NCBI GenBank assembly: GCA_951406725.2
Contig: OX597831.1
Span: 9,858,001 to 9,922,000 of the forward strand
Reading direction: 5' to 3'
DNA length: 64,000 nucleotides
DNA from: Octopus vulgaris
Taxonomy: Eukaryota
A program made the position numbers and the translations under genes. Each line of letters begins with the position of its first letter. The stretch's first letter is position 1. Positions 13,019 through 27,733 of this stretch are shown here, in pieces. The notes under the pieces are model-generated. The model was not told the origin of the DNA. It did not search any database and was given only the letters and a program-made list of their open reading frames with translations.

Positions 13019-13385
13019 TCTCTCTATATATAAACTGCAAAATGTCTGTCTGTCTGTGTGTCCTTTATACAAATCCACAATTTTTCAGTTAAAGGGCTCG
13101 CACTTTCTATGGTTATTCAAAACCGTCCAAGGTTGGTCGTTCACATCTTTACATTTCGCCAGTCACCCCGCAAAGCCATAAAAACCATTAGAAGTGACAT
13201 TTTTGTAAATTTTCTTTTTCAAAACCCAACCAAAATGCCCAAAACCTGATACGCCAATTGAATGCCAGCTAGCTGTATGTGATTGGTCGAAGATTTGGAC
13301 AGTACTCGCGTGTATGTGCGCACGCACGCAGCTGTATATGCATGCATTAGCACTGTGACCCCGCGTTTCTGGGTCATAGTGCTAG
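13019..13385 (+). mobile_element. Non-autonomous Helitron, second family
   Basis: A|TCTCTCTATATATAAAC ... CTAG|T; terminal hairpin TAGCACTGTGACCC (13348-13361) / GGGTCATAGTGCTA (13371-13384). Confidence 0.88.
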
Positions 13386-13529
13386 TATTATATATATTAA
13401 TATTGATAATACAAAAACGACAATAACGTTAGCAACAACAACAATAGTGAAACGAACAGCAGCAACTGATGATGATGACGGCAACGAAGACATCATCATC
13501 AACAACAACAACGTTAACAACAATAATAA

Positions 13530-13755
13530 TATTCCTTTCTAATTAGCACATGGCCTGGAATTTGGTGGACGAGGGATGGTCGACTACATCGACCGCCCCT
13601 CCCCCCTCAGTACTCAACTGGTACCTTATTTTATCGACCCCAATAGCATGAAACGCAAAGTTGACCTCGGCGGAATTTGAACTCAGAACGCAAGGACGGA
13701 GGGAATGATTTCGCGAACACATTTCGCCAGATGTGCTAACGATTCTGCCAGCTCA
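13530..13755 (-). mobile_element. SINE A, second tail type
   Basis: Reverse core TTTATCGACCCC..GCAAAGTTGACCTCGGCGGAATTTGAACTC. Confidence 0.8.
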
Positions 13756-13760
13756 CTGAC

Positions 13761-13943
<183 letters not shown>

Positions 13944-14127
13944 ACGAAAGATTAAACAAATAAGCACTGTATTAATTCTTAAAGAACCCGTTCGGGATTA
14001 ACGCGATTAACACACTTCCGTTACATCATCCATCATGCGTTAGTATTTATTCATTTATTTCTATGTATCAGTCTGTTTCAAATATACGAAATAGAGTAAG
14101 TACGCAATACCTGTTGCATCACAGGGT

Positions 14128-14503
14128 TACTCTTTTACTCCTTTAATTGTTTTAGTCAGTTGACTGTGGCCATGCTGGAGCACCGCCTTTAGTCGAGCAA
14201 ATCGACTCCAGGACTTATTCATTGTAAGCCTAGTACTTATTCTATCGGGCTCCTTTTACCGAACCGCTACGCTACGGGGACGTAAACACATGAGCCTCGG
14301 TTGTCAGGCGATTTTGGGGGGGCAAACACAGACACGCAAACATATACACACACATACATATATATATATATACATATATACGACGGGCTTCTTTCAGTTT
14401 CCGTCTACCAAATCTACTCACAACGCTTTGGTCGGCCCGAGGCTATAGTAGAAGACACTTGCCCAAGGTGCCATGCAGTGGGACTGAACCCGGAACCATG
14501 TGG
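14128..14503 (-). mobile_element. SINE family C, 5'-truncated
   Basis: Matches 17371-17757 in reverse. Confidence 0.88.
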
Positions 14504-14842
14504 CTCACTGCCTATCCTTATAGAGTTACCTTTTACAAACCGAATGCATACAACTACTCGCCGCAAATATTTCTGGGTGTCCCTTCATTTGTCAGTTTTA
14601 GATGAACCGGAAGCTATTGGATTCCAAAAATGTTCCCGTAAGGATCTTTGCAAGCGAGCTTTCAAGTATACTATATTGAAAAGAAATTATAAAAAACAAA
14701 ATGCAAAAGAATGCAAAGTAATTAAGGGCAACACGTTTAATAGAGAGAGAAACAGACCTAATTAAGTATAGGAACAACCCACCGTTGCAATCACGAGTCT
14801 TAAGCAGAGAAGTTTATTTTCGCATTAACAATAATACCTCCG

Positions 14843-15206
14843 AAGGCAGCGAGCTGGCAGAATCGTTAGCTCGCCGGGCGAAATGCTTAGCGGTATTTCG
14901 TCTGTCTTTACGTTCTGAGATCAAGTTCCGCCTAGGTCGACTTTGCCTTTCATCCTTTCGGGGTCGATTAAATAAGTACCAGTTACGCACTGGGATCGAT
15001 ATAATCGACTTAATCCGTTTCTCTGTCCTTGTTTGTCCTCTTTGTGTTTAGCCTCTTGTGGTTTTGTTAAGAAATAGGTATTTCATCTGTCTTTACGTTC
15101 TGAGTTCAAATTCTGCCGGAGTCGACTTTGCCTTTCATCCTTTCGAGGTCGATAACTGGCTCCCTCCCACCAAAATTCAAGCCTTGCGTACAGAGAAGGA
15201 AAGAAC
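14843..15206 (+). mobile_element. SINE A dimer
   Basis: Full copy, then a restart at GGTATTTCATCTG near 15077 and the second tail type. Confidence 0.87.
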
Positions 15207-16662
15207 CTAATACCTCCTGAGACACGAAGCATAAGTTTCTGATGCCCGATAGAACACAGTCTTCACCGATCACTTACCTTCCCAGACTGCGTTACGTCAT
15301 TCAGTTGTTTGACATCGAATGCAGGTGGGATTTAGGAGAAGATCATTTCATTAGCTTTCTTGCTGACTGTAATCGAACCTGTATTCTTTGTGCTTTGTAA
15401 CAAAGCTTGCAACATAGCAAATGTTTTCATCTCCGGAACCTGATTTTGTTGGCATTGGCGTTTTCCTTTTCCGTTTATATTTTATCTTTCTTCGGAACAG
15501 AAAGCGTTCAATGGTCTTTAACTACCACGCACATCGTAATTGTGAGTTTTGCGGCGGTCTACAAATTCAAATGCTAAACTATCCACTTCAATGCAACTGT
15601 GAGGTTACCCTTGTGTAGCCATCTGGATCTGAAGCCCCAAATACATATCACACAACATTATGTTGCTCGCATTCACTTAGTTGTTTCTACAATGTATTTA
15701 AGATGAAAAGAAAAACGGTTAACGGCTGTGTCAGTATTTGTGAGTTTCGTATTTCTGAAAGCCATTCGCTAAAAATCTAGGCTCTGGGCCGTACAGTAAA
15801 TGGCCGCCATTGCCAATACTGTGCCAGTTGAACTCCCGTTTTAATTAAATTCTCGGTCCTATACACCAAACATACATTACAATATACCTTGCTTTGTGAG
15901 TTGGAAAACACATCCTAACCGGTACGAAGAGATTTCCTTGAAGTGTCTTTTCGGAGATATATAAGGTATCTCTGTTTCCTTCCTGAAAAAAAAATAAGTG
16001 GGGGTAGGGGATGGGGTGGAAATGACGTGTATCACATACTTCGCGGCTAAGAAGAAATCCTCAAACCGATAAGAGGATATTGAATTTTGATACTTCATCC
16101 GTTACTCATTTTCTTCTAGATCTGGTTCGAGTTGATGTTGGTTCACTTTTGCTTATCCATTTACGTATGTCAAAATTGTGATCATTTTGTGGAGTTGTTA
16201 TTGTTATTGTTGTCCCTCATATCTTTTGCTTCTTCTTTTTTTTTTGTTCCCTATCATCGTTTAATTGCAAGAATTCAAGCTCGAAGATCTTTGCGTTTAA
16301 GGTTTTCTATTACAATTTTATTTATTATTACTATTTATTTATTTTTTTGGCATTTAAAGAAATTGTGTAATCGTATTTGTTTAGGTTATAGAGGGCACAT
16401 TTCTCCCTCTCTCTGCCAATTCAGTGCCACCCATATTACAACATGTATAAACTGAGGAAATGGATATTTACTCAAATATATATAAAGAGCTAAAAATGTC
16501 GAAAATCAAATCATTCTTCTTCTTCTTCTTGAGGTGATGGAATGGATTCGCAAACAAACGGTAAGACGCCCTCTCTCGGCAAACAGAAAGAAATGGTTTT
16601 CTTAGGATTTAATATATTTTTGCAGAGGATTGTTTACAGAAGCAGTTAACAATGACGAATGA

Positions 16663-16665
<3 letters not shown>

Positions 16666-16717
<52 letters not shown>

Positions 16718-16772
16718 CCTGAGTGTGTGTGTGTGTGTGTATTTATATATGCATATGCATATATATCTATCG

Positions 16773-16848
<76 letters not shown>

Positions 16849-16859
16849 ATATATGTATG

Positions 16860-16897
<38 letters not shown>

Positions 16898-16915
16898 AGT
16901 GTGTGTGTGTGTGTA
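16666..16915. repeat. Compound (TA)/(TG)/(TATC)n microsatellite
   Basis: Directly visible. Confidence 0.95.
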
Positions 16916-17030
16916 TGACAAAGATCATATATAAATATACATATAATGTATACATATATAAAGGGTGTTTTTCTCAAATTCTGACGACTTTTTTCTCAAT
17001 ATTCAGTTCTGTACATCACACCTAACACTA

Positions 17031-17082
<52 letters not shown>

Positions 17083-17370
17083 AAGAGAGAGAAATCGATG
17101 CATGGATGTATGCAGTGCATCCCATCCACCATAACAAGGAGGATATTTGTTTAATTCCGACATACATTTTTTTAAACACTACTTACCTGAGAGTTATCTC
17201 TGGACAAGTACTACAGGCGATGCATTCCCAATAAGTATGATATAATGGATGACTATGCACACGTACACACACATATACACAAATACACATACGCACACAC
17301 ACAACCTCAAACACACACATATAAGTATGTCTTCACTAATATATACGATATAATATATATATATATATAT

Positions 17371-17757
17371 AGGCGCAGGAGTGGCTGTGTGGTACGTAGC
17401 TTGTTTACCAACCACATGGTACCGGGTTCAGTCCAACTGCGTGGCAACTTGGGCAAGTGTCTTCTACTATAGCCTCGGGCCGACCAAAGCCTTGTGAGTC
17501 GATTTGGTAGAGGGAAACTGAAAGAAGCCCGTCGTATATATGTATATGTATGTATATGTGTGTGTGCGTGTATGTTTGTGTTTGTCCCCCTAGCATTGCT
17601 TGACAACCGATGCTGGTGTCTTTATGTCCCCGTCACTTAGCAGTTCGGCAAAAGAGACTTACAAAGAATAAGTCCAGGGGTCGATTTGCTCGATTAAAGG
17701 CGGTGCTCCAGCATGGCCGCAGTCAATAGACAGAAACAAGTAAAAGAGTAAAAGAGT
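17371..17757 (+). mobile_element. SINE family C, full length
   Basis: tRNA-like head GGCGCAGGAGTGGCTGTGTGG..GGGTTCAGTCC, CORE-like CTTGGGCAAGT, internal TA/TG microsatellite, (TAAAAGAG)2 tail; lies within (TA)n. Confidence 0.9.
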
Positions 17758-17954
17758 ATATATATATATATATATACCGAAGAAGAATGCATCCTTTATA
17801 GGGATTAATTCCGCAATTGATTCAACATAGAGATAACGAAATTTAAATTTTCTAAAGGTTAGTCGCCCGCTTTCAGTTCAACTTTCCTGTAACAAGTTGA
17901 TTATAAGTGGGTAAATCAGTGTATTGGCTTTAGAATAACCTTCTATAGCCCTTA

Positions 17955-18014
<60 letters not shown>

Positions 18015-19400
18015 CGAAACATTAAAGAAAAAAGAGCTCTGAATTCGCCGCGATAATTTCAATTTTTGCATATAACAATTTCACAGTATTTTACAATTTA
18101 AGCCGTTGTACACACACACCCACTTACTCCTCCACACACAAATGCAGGAGCCAAACAATCGGGCATGCATCCATATATTTGTCTACTTGTGTATATCTGT
18201 GTCTGTGTGCGTGAGTGTCATGTGTGTACGTGCATCAGGAGCGAATGTCAAAAAAAAAAAAGAACGCCTAGGAATATTGCATGGATGTGCCACTGATGAA
18301 TATTTATTTCATTCTGATTAAGCGTATGAAACTTAATTGAACTTAACTGAAGGCGAGTGGTTGTCAATGCGAATTTCAACAACGATCAATTTGGGACGTG
18401 CAACAGCTCAGCAAGAAATCAAAGCTGCTTTCGCAAATCCATATTGCTGCAAGCCCAAACCAATGTGCAGCCACTTATATCCGATATGAGCGAATGTTCT
18501 TGTCTCATGGTATTTTATAGGTTAGAGGAAGAAAATAGTCGACAAACAAATCAGTGAAAATTTTATAGGAAACCGAATAAAGCTAGTGAAGGATATTCAA
18601 TGAAGGTTTATAGGATGTTAATTGAGTGTTAATTGATTGGCAGAACTATATTATGCATAATATAAAAAAAAATAACAGAAACAAATAACTAAAAATCCAA
18701 TACAAAAAATTTAGCAACAATAATAACAATTATAACGTTCAAAAATAAAGAATAACTGATAACAATCTCACAGCTCTCAACGGCACCGCCATTAACACCG
18801 CCATAGCACTGTCATCATCATCATCATCATCATCATCATAAACAAGATTGCTACTAGACGTATCAACAATATTCATAATAATAATCATATTAAGAATAGG
18901 AAATTGGGAATGACTGAGTTGAAAGCTTCCCTTTGGGTCAACTGACCTCAATGTGACATCTGTAATTAATTTTATAAGAGCAATCAGCTGCACTCAATGT
19001 CAGTAATGATGCATATTAGCAAATAGCTTTTTTTTATCGCAATGCAAACTATTAGGAACTGTTTGTCTTGTCAATATAATGAGAGTCTATTGCTTCAGGA
19101 TAAGGAGACAGACATAGAGAAAGAGAGAGGGGGAGAGAGAGGGGAAGAGAGAGAGAGGGAGAGTAAATCAGTGTGAAGAGGACAAAGGAGACATTTAAGG
19201 AAGATATTTGTGATTCAAAACAGAGGTGCTTACACTTAAATCATAATATTTCCTGACTAATCTAAACTTTTTCATAGTTCTTAACATCCTGATAAAATGC
19301 TTCAATATTAAGACACATACACATACATTAATATATACATACATACATACATACATACATACATACATACATACATACATACATACAAACATACATACAT

Positions 19401-19566
19401 ATGGCATATGTAACACACTGCCTAAATATTAATCTTGAGAAATTATGCTTCTCAAAACCAGAAAGGAAAAAGCTGCTTCGATGACTACAGATCCAACCCA
19501 TCACTGGAACTGTGAAAATTTGTAAAACTCTTCCAGAAGTTTAACGTTTAAATATATATGTTTCTA
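19401..19566 (+). mobile_element. RLE-LINE-like 3' fragment, duplicate copy 1
   Basis: Near-identical to 19922-20105. Confidence 0.65.
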
Positions 19567-19578
19567 TATATATATATT

Positions 19579-19812
19579 AAAGGCGGCGAGCTGGCAGAAA
19601 CGTTAGCACGCTGGGCGAAATGCGTAGCTGTATTTCGTCTGTCGTCACGTTCCGAGTTCAAATTCCGCCGAGGTCGACTTTGCCTTTCATCCTTTCGGGG
19701 TCGATAAATTAAGTACCAGTTACACACTGGGGTCGATATAATCGACTTAATCCGTTTGTCTGACCTTGTTTGTCCCGTCTGTGTTTAGCCCCTTGTGGGT
19801 AGTAAAGAAATA
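19579..19812 (+). mobile_element. SINE A, full length
   Basis: Close to the family consensus; flanked by repeated TATATATGTTTCTA at 19553-19566 and 19813-19826. Confidence 0.92.
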
Positions 19813-19921
19813 TATATATGTTTCTAGATATGCAAATATATACATTAATATATACATACATACATATATAAATACATACATACATACATACATACATACA
19901 TACATACGAACATACATACAT

Positions 19922-20105
19922 ATGGCATATGTAACACACTGCCTGAATATTAATTTTGAGAAATTAGGTTTCTCAAAACCAGAAAGGAGAAAGCTGATTC
20001 GAAGACTGCAGATCCAATCCATCACTGGAACTGTAAAAGTCTGTAAAACTTTCCAGAAGTTTAACATTTAAATATATATGAGTGTTTCTGGATATGCAAA
20101 TATAT
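19922..20105 (+). mobile_element. RLE-LINE-like 3' fragment, duplicate copy 2
   Basis: AYVTHCLNINFEKLGFSKPERRKLIRRLQIQSITGTVKVCKTFQKFNI* resembles the C-terminus of RLE non-LTR ORFs. Confidence 0.65.
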
Positions 20106-20588
20106 GCATGAGAAGGTATACATAAAGCAGAACAAAGTTGGAAATAAATAGAGCGAAAACAAGGTAACACTTGTAGATATATAAAGAAATAGAGTTATAG
20201 AGCGTGGCGGAACGAGAGGGAGAGAGAAAGAAATACTTAAATGCATTGCGAAAGGGGGAATTGTGATGCTGACCTATAGACTTTTATCGATTAGTGATAT
20301 ATTAGAAAGGTCTTGTTAGCTTCCATTACGGGTTTCTAAACCTTATACGAATAATTCCACCCAGCTGAAATATCAGAAATAAACAGTATTTTCACATTTT
20401 CGAACAGTTCTTCTATTTGAAATAAGAGAAAAGTACTGGACAATATACAACAAAAAATATTTTGCCACAGTTCAGATTCTATCATTGGGTTTGGAAATCA
20501 AGGTGATTTGAAACCATTTCGGTCAGTTTGTGTTGTTACTATAGTTCGTGCTTTGCAACAAACCAATACATAGAAACACACACACACA

Positions 20589-21120
20589 TTTCTTCACTGA
20601 CCACAAAGGGCTAAACGTAGAGGGGACAAACAACGATAGACAAAGGGATATTAAGTCGATTACATCGACCCCAGTACGAAACTGTTACATTATGTATCGA
20701 CCCCGAAAGGATGAAAAGCAGTGTCCACCTCGGCAGAATTTGAACTCAGAACGTGACGACAAACGAAATACCGCGAAGCTTTTCCCCCGGCGCGCTAACG
20801 TTTCTGCCAGCTCGCCGCCTTACACACACGCACACACACACGCACACACACACACATACTTACACACACACACACACCCATATATATATTTTTCTTTACT
20901 ACCCACAAGGGGCTACACACAGAGGGGACAGACAAGGACAGACAAACGGATTAAGTCGATTACATCGACCCCAGTGCGTATCTGGTACTTAATTTATCGA
21001 CCCCGAAAGGATAAAAGGCAAAGTCGACCTCGGCGGAATTTGAACTCAGAACACAACGGCAGACGAAATCCGGCTACGCATTTCGCCCGGCGTGCTAACG
21101 TTTCTGCCAGCTCACCACCT
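20589..21120 (-). mobile_element. Two tandem SINE A copies separated by (CA)n
   Basis: Copies at about 20589-20820 and 20887-21120, each followed by TACACACACGCACACAC. Confidence 0.9.
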
Positions 21121-21996
21121 TACACACACGCACACACACACACACGCACACACACACACACGTACACACACACACACACACACTTACACACACACACACA
21201 CATATATATATAGGTACATATATATACACATGCATATATATGTATGGTCTCTCTCACCAATTCAATGAATCCACGGTTACCATCACACGTTGCTGCAACA
21301 CCTCCGGAGTCGGAAATATTGATAAGCTGCAATCAGATGGTCATTAAGAATTTTGGACACGATGCTGCTTATTGCACACTTGAGTATCTGTGTTCGGGTA
21401 CGTTGTCCGTGTGTGTCTGTTAGGAGAGATAAATAAATAAAGTTGCGTATAGTGTAATAAGGTGACGACCCATGATTTCGTTTTAAATAGAAGACAAGTT
21501 GAGGTGATACAGAAAATCTCTTTATCTTTACAATGTCGATGATATGAAAACGAAAGAAGAATTGTTCTATATATAACCCATGGCTACCAGTTTTTCAAAG
21601 GAGGAGGAAATCGACTATTTTGCCCCAACATTTCACTGGTACTTATTTTGTATACTTCAAGGCAAAGGTGACCTCGACTGAATTTGGGATCGGATCCTTC
21701 AGACAGAGGAAACAGTAGTAAGAGTGTTGTACGGCGTGCTAACCATTCCTACCATCTTGTCGCCTTGTTGAAGTGAGACGAGAATACCAGCGTAACCTGC
21801 CAGAGTGACGTCACCAGCGATATCAGAATGTAGATGATCGGACATTTACGAAATATAAACCTAAAGAACGCTACGAATTTCAATCAATGATCATTCACAG
21901 AAAAGTTATCGCTGTAAACTGGTACTTATTTTGTCAATGATAGACGGACTTCTAACAAAAGTTGTCCGTAGTGGATTTGAACTCAGATTGTCAATT

Positions 21997-22231
21997 ACCT
22001 ATTTCTTTACTACCCACAAGGGGCTAAATACAGAAATGACAGACAAGGACAGACAAACGGATTAAGTCGACTATATCAACATCAGTACGTAAATGGTACT
22101 TAATTTATCGACCCCGAAAGAATGAAAGGCAAAGTCGACCTCGACGGAATTTGAACTTTGAACGTAACGGCAGATGAAATACCGCTAAGCATTTCGTCCG
22201 GCGTACTAACGATTCTTCCGGCCCGCCGCCT
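21997..22231 (-). mobile_element. SINE A nested in an older SINE A
   Basis: TSD TCAGATTGTCA at 21983-21993 and 22232-22242; old core fragments at about 21915-21990. Confidence 0.88.
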
Positions 22232-23236
22232 TCAGATTGTCATTTACCGTTGGCTATTTTCTCCGATTCTTCTAGCCTGTCAAATTAGTGCGTAATCATG
22301 TATGAATTGGAAAAGATGTATTTTAAATAAGGATTGAAAAATATTCCTTTCAGTAATCTCGGTGCAGTTTCAAAGAATAATCCCTCACAGATGTTCGCAT
22401 TTGCAGACTTTCACACAATTATCATTATTAAGAGCAGAGAGGTTGGGGTTCAAATTACACAAAGGTACCAGTTGTTATTGTCGTTGCTTATGCTGCTACT
22501 GCTGCCGTTGTTGTTGTTGCTTAAAATAAAAGTGTGTTGGTATTGTAGCAAAATCCGAATTTGTCTTCCTTTCTGAAAATGTAATTGCTTTCGAATTTTT
22601 AATATAATAACAGATTGTTATTACTATAATTAATATCTTTAACAAGATGAAATTGATAATTGAGTTAAATACACGTATTAATTACGATATCAAAATATGG
22701 TTGGTGATGATAATTGTGATTTTGATCCTGAAGATAATAATGACACTGAATATAAACGATGAGGAGGAGAGGAGGAGGAGGATAACGATGATGATGATAA
22801 CGATGATGATGTTGTCAACATTGATATAATGTTGAGTGACTCTGGTATTTGAGTTGAAATCTTTTTGCGAGTAGAAAGATATGTCTATATTGAACTCCTA
22901 CCTGCAGAATGCTCTATTCCATATGATCTATATTATGTGGTATTGCCCGCGTTTCTCATGCAGTTGATGCCACCTGCCCCTTTGACCCATGAATAGTTAA
23001 GAAGGAAGGTGAAAAGATAGATAGATAGATACAATCCTGTTAAGTACGAAATGTCTATACAAAATGAAGACAGTAGAAGTGTTGCAAAAGTGTTGCCTCT
23101 TTGGCACGGCTAGAATAACCAGGGAAGTATAAGATAGCTGAAAAGAATGAATAGCGTCGTACTCTAGGCTGCCAGTAGTAAGCCCGCTACGCATGCAAGA
23201 TTCCAGGAGTTCCAGTAAGCCCTGTGATAAAGAGAA

Positions 23237-23761
<525 letters not shown>

Positions 23762-23830
23762 GCATGATGTATTACCAGGCACTGGCTATCATGGCTTTTG
23801 ATCTTAACTGATTAAAATTGTTATCATACG
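23762..23830 (-). mobile_element. Short retroposon end abutting (AAT)n, same family as 63838-64000
   Basis: TACCAGGCACTGGCTATCATGGCTTTTGATCTTAACTGATT resembles 63851-63891; the strand is inferred. Confidence 0.6.
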
Positions 23831-24385
23831 TAATTCAGTAAAAGTATTTGGTGAGCTCAGAAAACAGAAATTTGCCCATGGAAATTGAAATAATGGGGTA
23901 TCTGAAGGCGATTCTAATTATTTGCGAGAGATCCCTAGCTTTCAATCCATGCAATAAGTGGAAGATATTGTTTGAACTGGTAGGACACCCGTATTGAGAA
24001 GGGCATTCTTGCTGTTAAAACAATTACCATTTATGTAAATATCTTTTGTACATAACGTTATTTGTCTTTGTAAACGATTGATATACTATGAGTATTGAAG
24101 TGGATTATCAACGTCTATAGCCAGTTTCACTGCCTTAGGTATTGGGAAGTTGCTCGGCAAATATGGAAGAAAATAACAAAAAAAGAAATAATACTCATAA
24201 TTAGCTTCTGACCTCAGAACGTATTACTTTATTTCATCGATACCACGTCAGGTTTTGAACTCAAAAAGAATTACCAAAAATATTTTTCCAATGTTCTAAT
24301 GATTTTTCCAGCTCGTCCCCCTTCCCTTAATAGGAATAATGAGACGTATTACGAATTTACAATATCTCGTTATTTAACATATTAA

Positions 24386-24785
24386 TCTTTATATATAAAA
24401 GAGAAGTTGTGTGTCTGTCTCCTACGATTTAGATTCCTAACTACTCCCACATTTTGCGGTGCAGTTTAACCAAAAGCGGGTATCTTATAGTCGTGATTCA
24501 TATCGAGCCCTTCTGGGTATAAGTGCGCGTCTACGATGAGTCTACGATTTAAAAAAAAAATTACCATAATGTTTTTCCATTTTAATGCATTTTTTCGCTA
24601 TTATATGAGGGACGTAACTCTCTAAAAATGTCTAGGATGAGTCAACGATTTAAAAAAAAATTTACCATAATTTTTTTTTCCATTTTTAATGCATTCTTTT
24701 GCTATTTTTTTGGCTATAACTCTCTAAAAATGCTTATATAGTTATTTCCCTTACAAACCCGAGCCACGCCAGGCGATACTGCTAG
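24386..24785 (+). mobile_element. Non-autonomous Helitron
   Basis: A|TCTTTATATATAAAAG ... GCGATACTGCTAG|T; internal ~100-bp tandem duplication relative to 42370-42668. Confidence 0.88.
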
Positions 24786-26316
24786 TTAATAATATACAAA
24801 ACTTTCTTTTTATTTATAAGTACTAATAAAATGTATCAATTTAAATATAATGAATTGTGCTCGTATTCTGGGAATGTATATCTGTTTGCATGAGTGCATG
24901 CGTTTTCTGTATGTATGTGTGCGTGTATGTATGTGTGTGTATGTGTGTCTATCAGAGCGATGAGTTAGCATGAGATTTTAATATTCCACTCAAATTATTT
25001 CATATCAATCATCAATTGAACAACTAAACACAGCATATGTTCTTACATGCTTGTTTGTTTGTTTTTGTTTTCTGAGCTCTTAATGGACATCACTGCATTG
25101 CAATCTTGAAATATTTAGAATTGCTGTTGTTAATTACAAAATTTGAAATCGTTAATTACAAAATTCCTAAACCAACTAACCGTTTGTCAAAATTCCAGTT
25201 TCCTAATGGTTTCTACCGAGGCCATTACTAGAATCAATTATTTAGTCAATGAACACATTGTTAAATCGCTAAACCGAATGATTAAAACTTCACTGGTCAG
25301 TGATTCCTCCACGTATCATAGTCAATCCGTTTTCTTTAATAATAATAGTTATTACTAGCAAGAATTTGGTAATTCCAAATTTTATATATTTCCATATTTT
25401 GATGCATAAATTCCTATATATCTTTACAACATTGTTTCTTTATTTTTGAAAACATTTATGATAATGAAGCAAACAACGGTTTGAGGTTATTGAACATTCA
25501 GAATTTTGATAACTAATAGTATTTCTTTAAAAATTCAATAATACCCATCGTTTGTTGCTTGGCAACGCTTACATATACGGAATTACTCTTCGTTGCCCAT
25601 TATTCTTCATTGCCTTCAGTTCTTATTACAGGTTTCTGTGAAACTAAAGAATTCTCTACTAACTTCACGTGAAATATTTTTGTTTCATTTTTTTTCAGAT
25701 CCAACTTCTACAAGTAGTACAATCACCACACACCAACTTTAAACGAACTTGAAGTATAAAGCCCTTGCAACCATCCGCCAGCGGGATGGTGTCCATATTG
25801 GTGCTTTCAAATCAAAAATAAATTCAGTAAAATAAAAGAAATAGGAAATAGTAATAAAGTAAGAAAATCACATATAAAAAGTCTCACATCAAATCACTTT
25901 ATATGCATTTCATTCCACTTGAAGTCTATTAGATCCTTTAAATGCTTCCCAAATATCAGAAACAATCATTACAAAATAACGCAAATGATGATTGCACCCT
26001 CTAAACTCATTTCATAGAGCGTTCCTCCTTCTTTCTCCTTGAAAAATATTTTACACAAAGCAATTAGAAATACTCTACTGAATCATAGCAGACATAAAAC
26101 AGACAATATGGCGGAAACCTTTGGAGAGTGATACTGCTTAACACAAAGATACGCTTCATCCTCATAGATACGCTTCATCTTCCGTTTCACACTTCCGTAT
26201 TTTTGCTTTTTCTATAGCTACTATAACGGCCTCGGCCACTTCGAGTGAACTAGTCTCATATAAAACACTTCTGTTCTTCCACTTCCCAATACCCACGCTT
26301 CTCTCTTGCTCTAATG

Positions 26317-26618
26317 CTGGAGAAGTTTTAATGCATCCAAGCATATTCACTGGATATTGCCACATTTGATTATCATTTATTCCGCAGTCTTCAAAAATCA
26401 TTTGGACGGAAAGCATACGAATTGTGTAGATGAGATCAGAACAGTGCTGGAAGAGTAGTTTTCGTCTGGTAGGCCTTGCAAGCTTACCAGATAGATGAAA
26501 GACCATTGTAGAAAATGAAGGCGAGTATACTTTAGTTTAAAATAGAACTCTGTTTATCTTAATTTTGAAAAAATAAAACGAAGCATAATAACTGCATTAT
26601 GTATGGGCTGATGCAATA
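26317..26618 (+). mobile_element. Mariner transposon 3' fragment
   Basis: HP/AYSLDIATFDYHLFRSLQ (YSPDLAP.DY motif) and LASLPDR*KTIVENEGEY, followed by a TIR-like end. Confidence 0.85.
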
Positions 26619-27611
26619 TGTAGCTGACACTACCCGTAAACCTAGATTTTTTCGTCTCAGTTTGACTTCAGCCCTTCTTTCTTCTTGTCTGTGAGTTAGT
26701 TATTTAGTACAGAAAGTACATCAAATATAAAAATGCACGCCTCAGTACAACTCAGAATGCATTTGTCCTTTGACAAATATCAAAGAGCATTAACATTTAT
26801 TCCAAAATGTTATTGAAACAAACATCGTTGCCGTAAAGATAATTTATGACATAATTGCAAAGCCCTGCCAAAATAAACGCAGCGGGTGAAAAGCGACAAT
26901 ACTTCAAGATTAGCATAAGACATTGCATAAGGTTTATAGTTGCATGATAAAGCTTCAAGTATACACACTAGCATGATAGTGATATTTTCAAAGTTGGAAA
27001 ATAGGTATGTATTTCCAGCTTTGTCGATCGTTTGATTAAGAGAGTGTGACTGTTGGGTTGGTTGTCATCTGCGGCCACTGAACATTATAGAACGCATCGC
27101 ATATTTTAGATAACTTTTCTGCTGACGGCTCGAATATATATCCTGATGCCCTGTCTCACACGGGGGCGGCTCAAACAGTTAACTCAATTTCTAACAGTGA
27201 TATCGTAATTAAATTGTAATTATTGTACAAAAAGATACGTATAGTCCTGTACCGATGTTGATTTTAAAGACAAAAGAAATCAATTTTCTGAACCAATGAA
27301 CTCATTCAATAATTACAACGGAGAGTATTGACTAATATTCTACCCTGCTGTAACGAAAACATGCAATGAAACAAGCTTTCTATACAGGAAGGCATTACAT
27401 GCTCATATTTGCACGCGTGCGCGTCACACACACACACACACACATATATGGTTTGATTTATGTATATGTGTATAAATTGTATCTAGGTACAGGAGATTGA
27501 TAGGCAGACTTATATGTATGTGTCCGTGAGCGTTTGTGACTAAATGTGCATAAATCTATACACTCGTGCAGTCTATAATTCTGTACATCGCATGAATAAA
27601 TATTGCCAATT

Positions 27612-27733
<122 letters not shown>

